Assembly: GCF_055900595.2 (NCBI RefSeq)
Contig: NZ_CM148325.1
Strand: one strand, 5' to 3'
Length of the DNA: 64,000 bases
Shown here: positions 34,894 to 45,073 of the stretch, piece after piece
Layout of the letters: every line of letters begins with the position of its first letter
Position numbering within the stretch: position 1 is the first letter of the stretch
Program-made: the position numbers and the translations under genes
Notes under the pieces: generated by a model
Seen by the model: the letters and a program-made list of their open reading frames with translations, nothing else
Database searches by the model: none
What the model was told of the DNA's origin: nothing

Positions 34894-35679
34894 ATGTCAA
34901 TCGAATCTCTCAATGCGTTCTCAATGGATTTTTTCTCCCTGAAAGGTAAAACCGCAATTGTTACTGGTGGGAATAGCGGTTTAGGCCAGGCATTTGCCAT
35001 GGCACTGGCAAAAGCAGGCGCAAATATCTTTATTCCTAGTTTCGTTAAAGATAATGGCGAAACAAAGGAAATGATTGAAAAACAGGGGGTTGAGGTGGGC
35101 TTCATGCAGGTGGATATCACCGCAGAAGGCGCGGCGCAGAAGATAATTGCCGCCTGTTGTGAACGTTTCGGCACCGTCGATATTCTGGTTAACAATGCCG
35201 GTATATGTAAGCTGAATAAGGTGCTGGATTTCGGTCGTGCCGACTGGGACCCGATGATTGACGTGAACCTGACCGCCGCATTCGAGTTAAGCTACGAAGC
35301 GGCAAAAATTATGATCCCGCAGAAAAGCGGTAAAATCATTAATATCTGTTCACTGTTTTCCTACTTAGGTGGTCAATGGTCTCCTGCTTATTCTGCCACT
35401 AAACATGCTCTTGCCGGATTCACCAAAGCTTATTGCGATGAACTAGGTCAATATAATATTCAGGTAAATGGTATTGCCCCTGGCTATTATGCAACAGATA
35501 TCACCCTGGCGACACGCAGTAATCCAGAAACTAATCAGCGCGTTCTTGATCATATTCCGGCAAACCGTTGGGGCGATACTCAGGATTTAATGGGCGCAGC
35601 CGTATTCCTCGCAAGTCCGGCTTCAAATTATGTTAACGGGCATTTATTAGTGGTCGATGGCGGTTATTTAGTGCGCTAA
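34894..35679 (+). CDS. ygcW: Short-chain dehydrogenase/reductase (deoxygluconate-dehydrogenase-like)
   Basis: ORF from MSIESLNAFSMDFFSLKGKTAIVTGGNSGLGQA... with TGGxSGxG Rossmann motif; GGAG RBS at 34885. Confidence 0.85.
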   Translation: MSIESLNAFSMDFFSLKGKTAIVTGGNSGLGQAFAMALAKAGANIFIPSFVKDNGETKEMIEKQGVEVGFMQVDITAEGAAQKIIAACCERFGTVDILVNNAGICKLNKVLDFGRADWDPMIDVNLTAAFELSYEAAKIMIPQKSGKIINICSLFSYLGGQWSPAYSATKHALAGFTKAYCDELGQYNIQVNGIAPGYYATDITLATRSNPETNQRVLDHIPANRWGDTQDLMGAAVFLASPASNYVNGHLLVVDGGYLVR

Positions 35680-35748
35680 TCCATAACGGTGGTTTCTGTT
35701 TTCTCTTATTAATGATTATTCCATTTTTATTATCAGGAAGGAATTACT

Positions 35749-37203
35749 ATGTCTTTATCTCGCGCAGCGATTGTCGACCAGCTAAAGGAAATTGTTGGTG
35801 CAGATCGCGTAATTACCGATGAAACAGTATTAAAGAAAAACAGTATTGACCGTTTTCGCAAATTTCCGGATATTCATGGCATTTATACTTTGCCGATTCC
35901 GGCAGCGGTCGTAAAACTCGGTTCCACAGAACAAGTATCCCGTGTGCTGAATTTTATGAATGCGCACAAAATTAACGGTGTGCCGCGTACCGGTGCTTCC
36001 GCTACCGAAGGTGGACTGGAAACTGTTGTGGAAAACTCGATAGTGCTTGATGGCTCTGCAATGAATCAAATCATTAATATTGATATAGAGAATATGCAGG
36101 CGACGGCGCAATGTGGCGTTCCGCTGGAAGTGCTGGAAAACGCGTTGCGTGAAAAAGGTTACACCACGGGGCATTCTCCGCAGTCAAAACCGTTGGCGCA
36201 GATGGGGGGACTGGTGGCGACCCGTAGTATCGGGCAGTTCTCCACACTCTACGGCGCAATCGAGGATATGGTCGTTGGCCTGGAAGCAGTACTGGCTGAT
36301 GGCACCGTGACACGCATTAAAAACGTGCCACGACGCGCGGCGGGCCCGGACATTCGTCACATCATCATCGGCAACGAAGGCGCATTGTGCTATATCACTG
36401 AAGTCACTGTGAAAATCTTTAAATTCACCCCGGAAAACAACCTCTTCTACGGTTATATCCTGGAAAACATGAAAACCGGCTTCAACATCCTACGTGAAAT
36501 CATGGTGGAAGGATATCGTCCGTCGATCGCTCGTTTATATGATGCTGAAGATGGCACGCAACACTTCACCCATTTTGCCGACGGTAAATGTGTACTGATC
36601 TTTATGGCTGAAGGTAACCCTCGCATTGCGAAGGCGACGGGCGAAGGGATTGCAGAAATCGTGGCACGTTACCCGCAATGCCAGCGCGTGGACAGTAAGC
36701 TGATCGAAACCTGGTTTAACAACCTGAACTGGGGACCGGATAAAGTGGCTGCCGAACGTGTGCAGATCCTCAAAACCGGCAACATGGGCTTTACCACCGA
36801 AGTGTCCGGCTGCTGGAGTTGTATACACGAAATCTACGAAAGCGTTATTAACCGTATTCGTACCGAGTTCGCGCACGCCGACGACATCACCATGCTGGGC
36901 GGTCACTCCTCTCATAGCTATCAGAACGGCACCAACATGTACTTCGTCTACGACTACAACGTCGTTGACTGTAAGCCGGAAGAGGAAATCGACAAATACC
37001 ACAATCCGCTCAACAAAATCATCTGCGAAGAAACCATTCGCCTCGGCGGTTCGATGGTACACCATCACGGTATCGGTAAACATCGTGTTCACTGGAGCAA
37101 ACTGGAACACGGCAGCGCGTGGACATTGCTGGAAGGGCTGAAAAAACAGTTCGATCCTAACGGCATTATGAATACGGGTACTATCTATCCGATTGAAAAA
37201 TAA
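35749..37203 (+). CDS. ygcU: FAD-linked oxidase (alkyl-DHAP synthase / D-lactate dehydrogenase-like)
   Basis: 484-aa ORF MSLSRAAIVDQLKEIVGADRVITDETVLKK... Confidence 0.82.
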   Translation: MSLSRAAIVDQLKEIVGADRVITDETVLKKNSIDRFRKFPDIHGIYTLPIPAAVVKLGSTEQVSRVLNFMNAHKINGVPRTGASATEGGLETVVENSIVLDGSAMNQIINIDIENMQATAQCGVPLEVLENALREKGYTTGHSPQSKPLAQMGGLVATRSIGQFSTLYGAIEDMVVGLEAVLADGTVTRIKNVPRRAAGPDIRHIIIGNEGALCYITEVTVKIFKFTPENNLFYGYILENMKTGFNILREIMVEGYRPSIARLYDAEDGTQHFTHFADGKCVLIFMAEGNPRIAKATGEGIAEIVARYPQCQRVDSKLIETWFNNLNWGPDKVAAERVQILKTGNMGFTTEVSGCWSCIHEIYESVINRIRTEFAHADDITMLGGHSSHSYQNGTNMYFVYDYNVVDCKPEEEIDKYHNPLNKIICEETIRLGGSMVHHHGIGKHRVHWSKLEHGSAWTLLEGLKKQFDPNGIMNTGTIYPIEK

Positions 37204-37296
37204 TGTGTCAGGCAGCGTTTCGCGATGACGGGGCGTTGTCTTTTCGGCTTCTCAACAGGGAAGCCGTTCTTATTACCGGACAATGAAGGGGTAAAG

Positions 37297-38634
37297 ATGA
37301 ACACTTCACCGGTGCGAATGGATGATTTACCGCTTAACCGTTTTCACTGTCGAATTGCTGCGCTGACTTTCGGCGCACACCTGACCGACGGTTATGTTCT
37401 CGGCGTCATTGGTTACGCCATAATTCAGCTTACACCCGCCATGCAACTGACGCCGTTTATGGCGGGAATGATCGGCGGCTCGGCGCTACTTGGCCTGTTT
37501 ATCGGCAGCCTGGTTTTGGGCTGGATCTCCGACCATATCGGGCGGCAAAAAATCTTCACCTTCAGCTTTATGCTGATTACACTCGCCTCGTTCCTGCAAT
37601 TTTTTGCCACCACGCCAGAGCATCTTATTGGACTGCGCATTTTGATCGGCATTGGGCTGGGAGGCGATTACTCAGTAGGCCACACCTTGCTGGCTGAATT
37701 TTCTCCGCGCCGCCATCGCGGTATTTTGCTGGGCGCTTTCAGCGTGGTGTGGACCGTAGGTTATGTGTTGGCAAGTCTTGCCGGACATCACTTTATTAGC
37801 GAAAGCCCCGAAGCCTGGCGATGGTTACTTGCATCGGCGGCATTTCCTGCCCTGTTGATTACGTTGTTACGTTGGGGAACGCCAGAATCGCCACGCTGGC
37901 TACTGCGCCAGGGGCGTTTTGCAGAAGCTCACGCTATCGTGCATCGCTATTTTGGTCCCCATGTTTTACTGGGCGATGAAGTGGCAACGGCGACCCATAA
38001 ACACATCAAAACCTTGTTCTCTTCGCGCTACTGGCGGCGCACGGCGTTTAACAGTGTCTTCTTTGTCTGCCTCGTGATCCCGTGGTTTGTGATTTATACC
38101 TGGCTGCCAACTATCGCCCAGACTATTGGACTGGAAGATGCGCTGACTGCCAGCCTGATGCTTAATGCGTTGTTAATTGTGGGCGCGCTGCTGGGATTAT
38201 TTCTGACGCACCTGCTGGCACATCGCAAATTTTTGCTGGGAAGTTTTTTGCTGCTGGCGGCAACGCTGGTAGTGATGGCCTGTTTGCCTTCTGGCAGTTC
38301 ATTAACGCTGCTGCTTTTTGTTCTCTTCAGCACCACCATTTCGGCAGTCAGTAATCTGGTGGGCATTTTGCCTGCGGAAAGTTTTCCTACTGACATTCGC
38401 TCGCTGGGTGTCGGTTTTGCCACTGCCATGAGTCGGTTGGGGGCGGCGGTAAGTACTGGCCTGCTGCCGTGGGTGCTGGCGCAGTGGGGAATGCAAGTCA
38501 CCTTATTGCTCCTGGCGGCAGTGTTGTTGGTTGGTTTTGTTGTGACCTGGCTATGGGCACCAGAAACCAAAGCACTCCCGCTGGTGGCGGCGGGAAATGT
38601 AGGAGGTACGAATGAACATTCTGTTAGCGTTTAA
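37297..38634 (+). CDS. ygcS: MFS transporter
   Basis: Multi-pass membrane ORF; start taken at MNTSPVRMDD. Confidence 0.8.
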   Translation: MNTSPVRMDDLPLNRFHCRIAALTFGAHLTDGYVLGVIGYAIIQLTPAMQLTPFMAGMIGGSALLGLFIGSLVLGWISDHIGRQKIFTFSFMLITLASFLQFFATTPEHLIGLRILIGIGLGGDYSVGHTLLAEFSPRRHRGILLGAFSVVWTVGYVLASLAGHHFISESPEAWRWLLASAAFPALLITLLRWGTPESPRWLLRQGRFAEAHAIVHRYFGPHVLLGDEVATATHKHIKTLFSSRYWRRTAFNSVFFVCLVIPWFVIYTWLPTIAQTIGLEDALTASLMLNALLIVGALLGLFLTHLLAHRKFLLGSFLLLAATLVVMACLPSGSSLTLLLFVLFSTTISAVSNLVGILPAESFPTDIRSLGVGFATAMSRLGAAVSTGLLPWVLAQWGMQVTLLLLAAVLLVGFVVTWLWAPETKALPLVAAGNVGGTNEHSVSV

Positions 38635-39391
38635 AGCCGAACCGGATGCCGGAATGCTGGCGGAAAAAGAGTGGCAGGCAGCGGCTCAGGGTAATAGCGG
38701 ACCGGATGTTTCGCTTCTGCGAAGTTTACTCGGTGCTGATGAACAGGCTGCCGCCGCGCTGCTGTTGGCGCAGAGAAAAAACGGTATGTCGATGTCTTTA
38801 ACCGCGTTGAGCATGGGGGATGAACGGGCGTTGCACTGGCTGCGCTATCTCATGGCTCTTGGGTTTGAGGAAGCTGTATTGCTGGAGACGGCGGCAGATA
38901 TGCGCTTTGCGCCGGAATTTGTCGCTCGCCATATTGCCGAATGGCAGCGCCAGAATCCGCTGGATCTGATCATTACTGGCTGCCAGAGCAGCGAAGGGCA
39001 GAACGGGCAAACGCCATTTTTGCTGGCGGAAATGCTGACCTGGCCCTGCTTTACCCAGGTGGAGCGTTTTACTCTCGACGCACCGTTTATCTCGCTCGAA
39101 CAGCGTACTGAACATGGATTACGCTGTTGTCGGGTTCGCTTGCCTGCGGTGATTGCCGTGCGCCAGTGTGGCGAGGTGGCCTTGCCAGTACCGGGAATGC
39201 GCCAGCGAATGGCTGCGGGGAAAGCTGAAATTATCCGCAAAACTGTTACTGCTGAATCGCCAGCGATGCAGTGCCGGCAACTGGAAAGGCCAGAGCAACG
39301 ACGCGGTGCAACGCTTCTTGATGGGCCAACGGTAGCAGAAAAAGCGCAAAAACTGTGGCGGGATTATTTGTGCCAGAGGATGCAGCCATGA
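38612..39391 (+). CDS. ygcR: Electron-transfer-flavoprotein beta-subunit-like protein (FixA-like)
   Basis: 259-aa ORF; start overlaps the ygcS 3' end. Confidence 0.8.
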   Translation: MNILLAFKAEPDAGMLAEKEWQAAAQGNSGPDVSLLRSLLGADEQAAAALLLAQRKNGMSMSLTALSMGDERALHWLRYLMALGFEEAVLLETAADMRFAPEFVARHIAEWQRQNPLDLIITGCQSSEGQNGQTPFLLAEMLTWPCFTQVERFTLDAPFISLEQRTEHGLRCCRVRLPAVIAVRQCGEVALPVPGMRQRMAAGKAEIIRKTVTAESPAMQCRQLERPEQRRGATLLDGPTVAEKAQKLWRDYLCQRMQP

Positions 39392-40248
39392 ATATCGCAA
39401 TTGTGACAATAAATCAGGACCATGCCGCAATAGCGAGCTGGCTGGCGGAGCAGGATTTCAGCGGCAGCACATTAACGCACTGGCAAATCGAGCCGCAGCC
39501 GATGGTCGCGGAACAGGTGCTGGATGCGCTGGTAGAACAGTGGCAGCGAACGCCTGCGGACGTTGTTCTCTTTCCGCCGGGAACGTTTGGCGATGAACTG
39601 GCTACCCGCCTGTCCTGGCGTTTACATGGTGCCAGTATATGCCAGGTGACTTCATTAAATATTCCAACCGGAAGCGTACGCAAATCCCACTGGGGAAATG
39701 CGCTAACGGCGACGCTGCAAACAGAAAAACGCCCGCTATGCCTTTCCCTTGCCCGCCAGGCGGGAGCAGTGAAAAATGCCACGTTGCCCTCTGGTATGCA
39801 GCAACTGAACATTGTCCCCGGCGCGCTTCCCGACTGGCTGGTTAGCACAGAGGATCTGAAAAATGTTACCCGTGACCCATTAGCTGAGGCCAGACGGGTG
39901 CTGGTGGTGGGGCAGGGCGGAGAGGCAGATAACCAGGAAATCGCTATGCTGGCAGAAAAGCTGGGAGCCGAAGTGGGCTACAGTCGGGCGCGAGTAATGA
40001 ACGGTGGCGTTGATGCCGAAAAAGTGATTGGTATTTCCGGACATCTGCTGGCACCTGAGGTGTGTATTGTTGTTGGCGCTTCCGGCGCAGCAGCGTTAAT
40101 GGCGGGCGTCCGCAATAGCAAGTTTGTGGTGGCGATTAATCATGACGCCAGCGCGGCGGTATTTTCACAGGCAGATGTTGGCGTGGTTGATGACTGGAAA
40201 GCGGTGCTGGAGGCACTGGTGACAACCATTCACGCAGATTGCCAATAA
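39388..40248 (+). CDS. ygcQ: Electron-transfer-flavoprotein alpha-subunit-like protein (FixB-like)
   Basis: ORF from MNIAIVTINQDHAAIASWL...; ATGA overlap with the ygcR stop. Confidence 0.8.
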   Translation: MNIAIVTINQDHAAIASWLAEQDFSGSTLTHWQIEPQPMVAEQVLDALVEQWQRTPADVVLFPPGTFGDELATRLSWRLHGASICQVTSLNIPTGSVRKSHWGNALTATLQTEKRPLCLSLARQAGAVKNATLPSGMQQLNIVPGALPDWLVSTEDLKNVTRDPLAEARRVLVVGQGGEADNQEIAMLAEKLGAEVGYSRARVMNGGVDAEKVIGISGHLLAPEVCIVVGASGAAALMAGVRNSKFVVAINHDASAAVFSQADVGVVDDWKAVLEALVTTIHADCQ

Positions 40249-40261
40249 CGTGCTGCCGGAT

Positions 40262-40365
40262 GATCCTGCCTACGGTTCTGGGCTGGGGACTTGTAAGCCT
40301 GATAAGACGCGTCAAGCGTCGTATCAGGCGCTGAATGTCGGATGTGGCGTGCAGCCTACAAATCA
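40262..40365. repeat. REP/BIME-type extragenic palindromes
   Basis: GCCTGATAAGACGCG...CGTCGTATCAGGC and related GCCGGATG / GTCGGATG units between convergent ygcQ and ygcP. Confidence 0.7.
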
Positions 40366-40394
40366 CACAAATTCAATTCGTTACGATTATCTCG

Positions 40395-40970
40395 TCAAAG
40401 CAATTTTTTCGCTAACGTCCAGACCCCGGTATTCGTGGTAGAAAGCGCCACTACACCGGCGTTAATCGCATTACGCGCATCTTCTTCATCGCACACCAGC
40501 CCGCCAGCAACCAGCGGCTGGTGGATTTTCTCCGTTACCCAGCCCAGTACTTTAGGCATACAGCCTGGCAGAATTTCAATACAATCCGGGTTCGATTGCG
40601 CAACCTGTTTATCAATGTTGTGAAATGAAATCGAATCAACAATAAACAAGCGATGAATACAGAAAAAGCCTTCCGCTCTCGCCGCTTTTAGCATTGACGC
40701 TTTGGTACTGATAATGCCGTCCGCCTCGGTCACCAGTTTCAGAAACTGAATTACTACTTCTTTATTTGACGCGCCTTCCAGCAAATCGACATGAATAAAA
40801 GCATATTTTCCGGCGTTCTTAATCTTTTTGACGATATGACTGATGGTGCAAATATTGCCGTACAACACGGAAATAAACCGGCATTCAGAGTCGATTGCCA
40901 GTTGCAGGCTGGCATTGTCTTTAACGGCAGCAATCACCGGATTCTGGCGGAGCAGGTGTAAGAGGGGCAT
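40395..40970 (-). CDS. ygcP: GlpP-like (glycerol-3-phosphate-responsive antiterminator family) protein
   Basis: 191-aa ORF MPLLHLLRQNPVIAAVKDNASLQLAIDSE... Confidence 0.8.
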   Translation of the reverse strand: MPLLHLLRQNPVIAAVKDNASLQLAIDSECRFISVLYGNICTISHIVKKIKNAGKYAFIHVDLLEGASNKEVVIQFLKLVTEADGIISTKASMLKAARAEGFFCIHRLFIVDSISFHNIDKQVAQSNPDCIEILPGCMPKVLGWVTEKIHQPLVAGGLVCDEEDARNAINAGVVALSTTNTGVWTLAKKLL

Positions 40971-40986
40971 AAATTATCCTTATTAT

Positions 40987-41247
40987 TTATCCAAAGCGGT
41001 AGGTGATGCCGAATCCGGAAGGCGGATAGCGCCACTGTTGTAGGGTTTTTTCATCACACAGTAAACGGCAGGTGCCACACTCCAGGCAGCCGCGATAATC
41101 AACGCGTAAGTCGCCTTCCGGCGTGAGCGAAAAAAGACCAGCCGGACAAGCGTTAATCAACCGTTCTGCCGTCTGGCGCTCAACGGAGTCTGCCGGAACA
41201 ATATGTGGCGCATCAGCAGCGCGCCAGAGATTACGGGCTACAGACAT
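40987..41247 (-). CDS. ygcO: Ferredoxin-like protein (FixX-like)
   Basis: 86-aa product from MSVARNLWRAADAPHIVP... with CxxCxxC-type cysteines. Confidence 0.78.
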   Translation of the reverse strand: MSVARNLWRAADAPHIVPADSVERQTAERLINACPAGLFSLTPEGDLRVDYRGCLECGTCRLLCDEKTLQQWRYPPSGFGITYRFG

Positions 41248-42509
41248 CGAATACTCCTGACAACATCGCCCGCCAGATGCCACAGGCCATGACGACGTAA
41301 ATGACGCCAGAGCAACTGGCGCAGCGGCGGAACAGGTTTATCACCTTGATCCCATAAATCACGGGAAATATCCTGCATTAACGCAGGCCACGCCCGATAC
41401 CAGCCAGGGCGTTGCAAAAGCGCCGGAACATGCTGATAACGCTGTAGAACATCCCACAACAGGCTGCGCTCTACGTTGTAATGATAAAGCGGAAACAGAT
41501 TTTGCAGCTCGCGGTGCTGGCAGGCGCTTATCAGCGTTTGTGCCGCCGCCTGCGCGCCAGTCAGCGCCATATCCATGCCGCGCACGGAAATTCCGGTATT
41601 GACGCAACTGCGTAACGTATCGCCCACCAGCAGCCAGCCGTTACCGCCATATTGCACCGGCATACTGTGCAAGCCACCTTCTGGCACCAGATGCGCACCA
41701 TACTCCAGTGATTCCGTGTTTTTGATAAGCGGGCGCACTGCCGGATGCGTTTTAAAGCGAGCCAGCAGCTCGCTTGCCGGAACACGACTTTGCGTAAGTG
41801 AAGAGAGCGGGCAAACAATCCCTAACGAGAGCGTTTGTTGATTAGTATAAAGAAATGCGCCGCCGGGTAAGTCATCACAGATTCCGCCGCTGAACAGCAA
41901 CGCTGCGCCTTCGTTATTCTCCAGATGAAAACGTTCTTCAATAGCGGATGTTTCCAGTGAAAGAACTTCTTTGATCCCCAACGCCATCACTTCGCCAGCA
42001 GGACGAGTCACTAACCCGTGACGCTCAGCCAGGACGCTGTTGGCACCTTCTGCCAGCACCACATAACGGGCGCGGAGAATATCGTCACCACAAATAACGC
42101 CGCAAACTCTGCCGTTTTCTTCATACAGTGCATCCACCGTCGCACCAGGGATGCATTCGACACCTTCTTTTTCGGCTTCGGCAACCAGCCACGGATCGAA
42201 CCGTGCACGTAATACGCTCCAGGATTCACCGCCGGGCTGTAAGCTGGAAAACGTCGTTGCGCCATCCGGCGTTAGCAGAGAAAGACTTTCGTGAGTGATG
42301 CGTCGTTCAAGAGGCGCGGTCAGGTGAAACTGAGGGAGGAGTTCCGCGAGCGCATGGGTGTATAAACGCCCGCCGGAAAGGTTTTTACTGCCGGGAATTT
42401 CAGCGCGTTCCAGTAACAGAACGGATAAACCTGCCCGCGCGCAGCGTAAAGCACAAGCGGTGCCTGCTATACCCGCACCAATAATAATAATGTCGCAGTC
42501 GTCTTCCAT
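41238..42509 (-). CDS. ygcN: FAD-dependent oxidoreductase (FixC / ETF-quinone-oxidoreductase-like)
   Basis: ORF with N-terminal dinucleotide-binding motif DIIIIGAGIAG; start taken at MEDDCD. Confidence 0.8.
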   Translation of the reverse strand: MEDDCDIIIIGAGIAGTACALRCARAGLSVLLLERAEIPGSKNLSGGRLYTHALAELLPQFHLTAPLERRITHESLSLLTPDGATTFSSLQPGGESWSVLRARFDPWLVAEAEKEGVECIPGATVDALYEENGRVCGVICGDDILRARYVVLAEGANSVLAERHGLVTRPAGEVMALGIKEVLSLETSAIEERFHLENNEGAALLFSGGICDDLPGGAFLYTNQQTLSLGIVCPLSSLTQSRVPASELLARFKTHPAVRPLIKNTESLEYGAHLVPEGGLHSMPVQYGGNGWLLVGDTLRSCVNTGISVRGMDMALTGAQAAAQTLISACQHRELQNLFPLYHYNVERSLLWDVLQRYQHVPALLQRPGWYRAWPALMQDISRDLWDQGDKPVPPLRQLLWRHLRRHGLWHLAGDVVRSIRCL

Positions 42510-42586
42510 GTCATGCCCCAGATATCCAGAGCGCAACACCCTAACATAGCGTTACTTAAGGGAAATTGACCGCCGACACACTCTTA

Positions 42587-42952
42587 TCATTCGCCGCGAT
42601 AGATACAACCTGCGGTGCAGGTTTCTTTTACCATCACCGCACTTAACAGCGGCACAACGGGTTTAACCTGATCCCAAATCCATTTTGCTAAAACTTCGCT
42701 GGTTGGGTTTTCCAGACCTGGAATATCATTGAGATAATGGTGATCGAGGCGCTCATAAGTTGGCTTAAACGCTGCTTTCAGTTCAGCGAAATCGATAATC
42801 CAGCCCGTATGCGGATCGACTTCCCCGGTAATTTCCAGTCGCACCATAAAGGAATGCCCGTGCAGGCGACCACATTTATGTCCTTCCGGGACGTGTGGTA
42901 AGCGGTGAGCGGCTTCGAAGGTGAAATCTTTAAATAACGTGGTGGACATCAT
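42587..42952 (-). CDS. queD: 6-carboxy-5,6,7,8-tetrahydropterin synthase QueD
   Basis: 121-aa product from [34 protein letters not shown]... Confidence 0.9.
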   Translation of the reverse strand: MMSTTLFKDFTFEAAHRLPHVPEGHKCGRLHGHSFMVRLEITGEVDPHTGWIIDFAELKAAFKPTYERLDHHYLNDIPGLENPTSEVLAKWIWDQVKPVVPLLSAVMVKETCTAGCIYRGE

Positions 42953-43267
42953 AATTTCTCTACATGACGATAAAACCGCCGTAGAGTACCGGAAAGGCTG
43001 TTTTTTCGCATTATCTAAAACGACTTTGTTGCGCAAAATCGCTGATTTATCTTAATGATTGGCTAAATTCATTTGTTTTTCATTGGGTTGGTTAATCTGT
43101 TTTGTTGTTAAAGACTATTGCTAAAACAGGTTAGTCGATTTGGTTATTAGTTATCGCTATCCCGTCTTTAATCCACACCGTTCACCCCGTTAACCTTACC
43201 TTCTCTTCTGTTTTATGGGCGCTGACAGGGCGCAGAAACAGCTTTGCTTACTGGAACATAACGACGC

Positions 43268-45073
43268 ATGACGACACAGGTCCCACCTTCCGCGTTGCTT
43301 CCGTTGAACCCGGAGCAACTGGCACGCCTTCAGGCGGCCACGACCGATTTAACTCCCACCCAGCTTGCCTGGGTTTCTGGCTATTTCTGGGGCGTGCTCA
43401 ACCAACAGCCTGCTGCGCTTACAGCGACGCCAGCGCCCGCCCCCGCCGCAGAAATGCCGGGTATAACTATTATCTCCGCTTCGCAAACCGGCAATGCGCG
43501 CCGGGTTGCTGAAACATTACGCGATGATTTATTAGCGGCAAAACTGAACGTTAAGCTGGTGAACGCGGGCGACTATAAATTCAAACAAATCGCCAGCGAA
43601 AAACTGCTCATCGTGGTGACGTCAACGCAAGGTGAAGGGGAACCGCCGGAAGAAGCCGTCGCGCTGCATAAGTTCCTGTTCTCCAAAAAAGCGCCAAAGC
43701 TGGAAAACACTGCATTTGCCGTGTTTAGCCTCGGCGATAGCTCTTATGAATTTTTCTGCCAGTCCGGGAAAGATTTTGACAGCAAGCTGGCGGAACTGGG
43801 CGGTGAACGCCTGCTCGACCGTGTCGATGCCGACGTTGAATACCAGGCTGCTGCCATCGAGTGGCGCGCCCGCGTGGTTGATGTTCTGAAGTCCCGTACG
43901 CCTGTCGCGGCACCTTCGCAATCCGTCGCTACTGGCGCGGTAAATGAAATCCACACCAGCCCGTACAGCAAAGACGCGCCGCTGGTGGCGAGCCTCTCTG
44001 TTAACCAGAAAATTACCGGGCGTAACTCTGAAAAAGACGTTCGCCATATCGAAATTGACTTAGGTGACTCGGGCCTGCGTTACCAGCCGGGTGACGCGCT
44101 GGGCGTCTGGTATCAGAACGATCCGGCACTGGTGAAAGAACTTGTCGAACTGCTGTGGCTGAAAGGCGATGAACCTGTCACCGTCGAGGGCAAAACGTTA
44201 CCTCTGAACGAGGCCCTACAGTGGCACTTCGAACTGACCGTCAACACCGCCAACATCGTTGAGAACTACGCCACGCTTACCCGCAGTGAAACGCTGCTGC
44301 CGCTGGTGGGCGATAAAGCGAAGTTACAGCATTACGCCGCGACGACGCCGATTGTCGATATGGTGCGTTTCTCTCCGGCACAGCTTGACGCTGAAGCCCT
44401 CATTAACTTGCTGCGCCCGCTGACGCCGCGCCTGTATTCCATCGCCTCCTCGCAGGCGGAAGTCGAGAACGAAGTACACGTCACCGTTGGTGTCGTTCGT
44501 TATGACATTGAAGGCCGCGCCCGTGCCGGTGGTGCCTCCAGCTTCCTTGCGGATCGTGTGGAAGAAGAGGGCGAAGTCCGCGTCTTTATCGAACATAACG
44601 ATAACTTCCGCCTGCCCGCTAACCCGGAAACGCCGGTGATTATGATTGGTCCAGGCACCGGCATCGCGCCGTTCCGCGCCTTTATGCAGCAACGTGCTGC
44701 TGACGAAGCGCCGGGCAAAAACTGGCTGTTCTTTGGCAATCCGCACTTTACGGAAGATTTCCTCTACCAGGTGGAGTGGCAGCGCTACGTCAAAGAGGGC
44801 GTGCTGACACGTATTGATCTTGCCTGGTCGCGCGATCAAAAAGAAAAAGTTTACGTACAAGACAAACTGCGCGAACAGGGCGCAGAGCTGTGGCGCTGGA
44901 TCAATGACGGTGCCCACATTTATGTCTGCGGCGACGCTAATCGCATGGCGAAAGACGTTGAACAGGCACTTCTGGAAGTGATTGCCGAATTTGGTGGCAT
45001 GGACACCGAAGCGGCGGATGAATTTTTAAGTGAGCTGCGCGTAGAGCGCCGTTATCAGCGAGATGTCTACTAA
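43268..45073 (+). CDS. cysJ: Sulfite reductase [NADPH] flavoprotein alpha component
   Basis: 601-aa [31 protein letters not shown]... Confidence 0.95.
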   Translation: MTTQVPPSALLPLNPEQLARLQAATTDLTPTQLAWVSGYFWGVLNQQPAALTATPAPAPAAEMPGITIISASQTGNARRVAETLRDDLLAAKLNVKLVNAGDYKFKQIASEKLLIVVTSTQGEGEPPEEAVALHKFLFSKKAPKLENTAFAVFSLGDSSYEFFCQSGKDFDSKLAELGGERLLDRVDADVEYQAAAIEWRARVVDVLKSRTPVAAPSQSVATGAVNEIHTSPYSKDAPLVASLSVNQKITGRNSEKDVRHIEIDLGDSGLRYQPGDALGVWYQNDPALVKELVELLWLKGDEPVTVEGKTLPLNEALQWHFELTVNTANIVENYATLTRSETLLPLVGDKAKLQHYAATTPIVDMVRFSPAQLDAEALINLLRPLTPRLYSIASSQAEVENEVHVTVGVVRYDIEGRARAGGASSFLADRVEEEGEVRVFIEHNDNFRLPANPETPVIMIGPGTGIAPFRAFMQQRAADEAPGKNWLFFGNPHFTEDFLYQVEWQRYVKEGVLTRIDLAWSRDQKEKVYVQDKLREQGAELWRWINDGAHIYVCGDANRMAKDVEQALLEVIAEFGGMDTEAADEFLSELRVERRYQRDVY

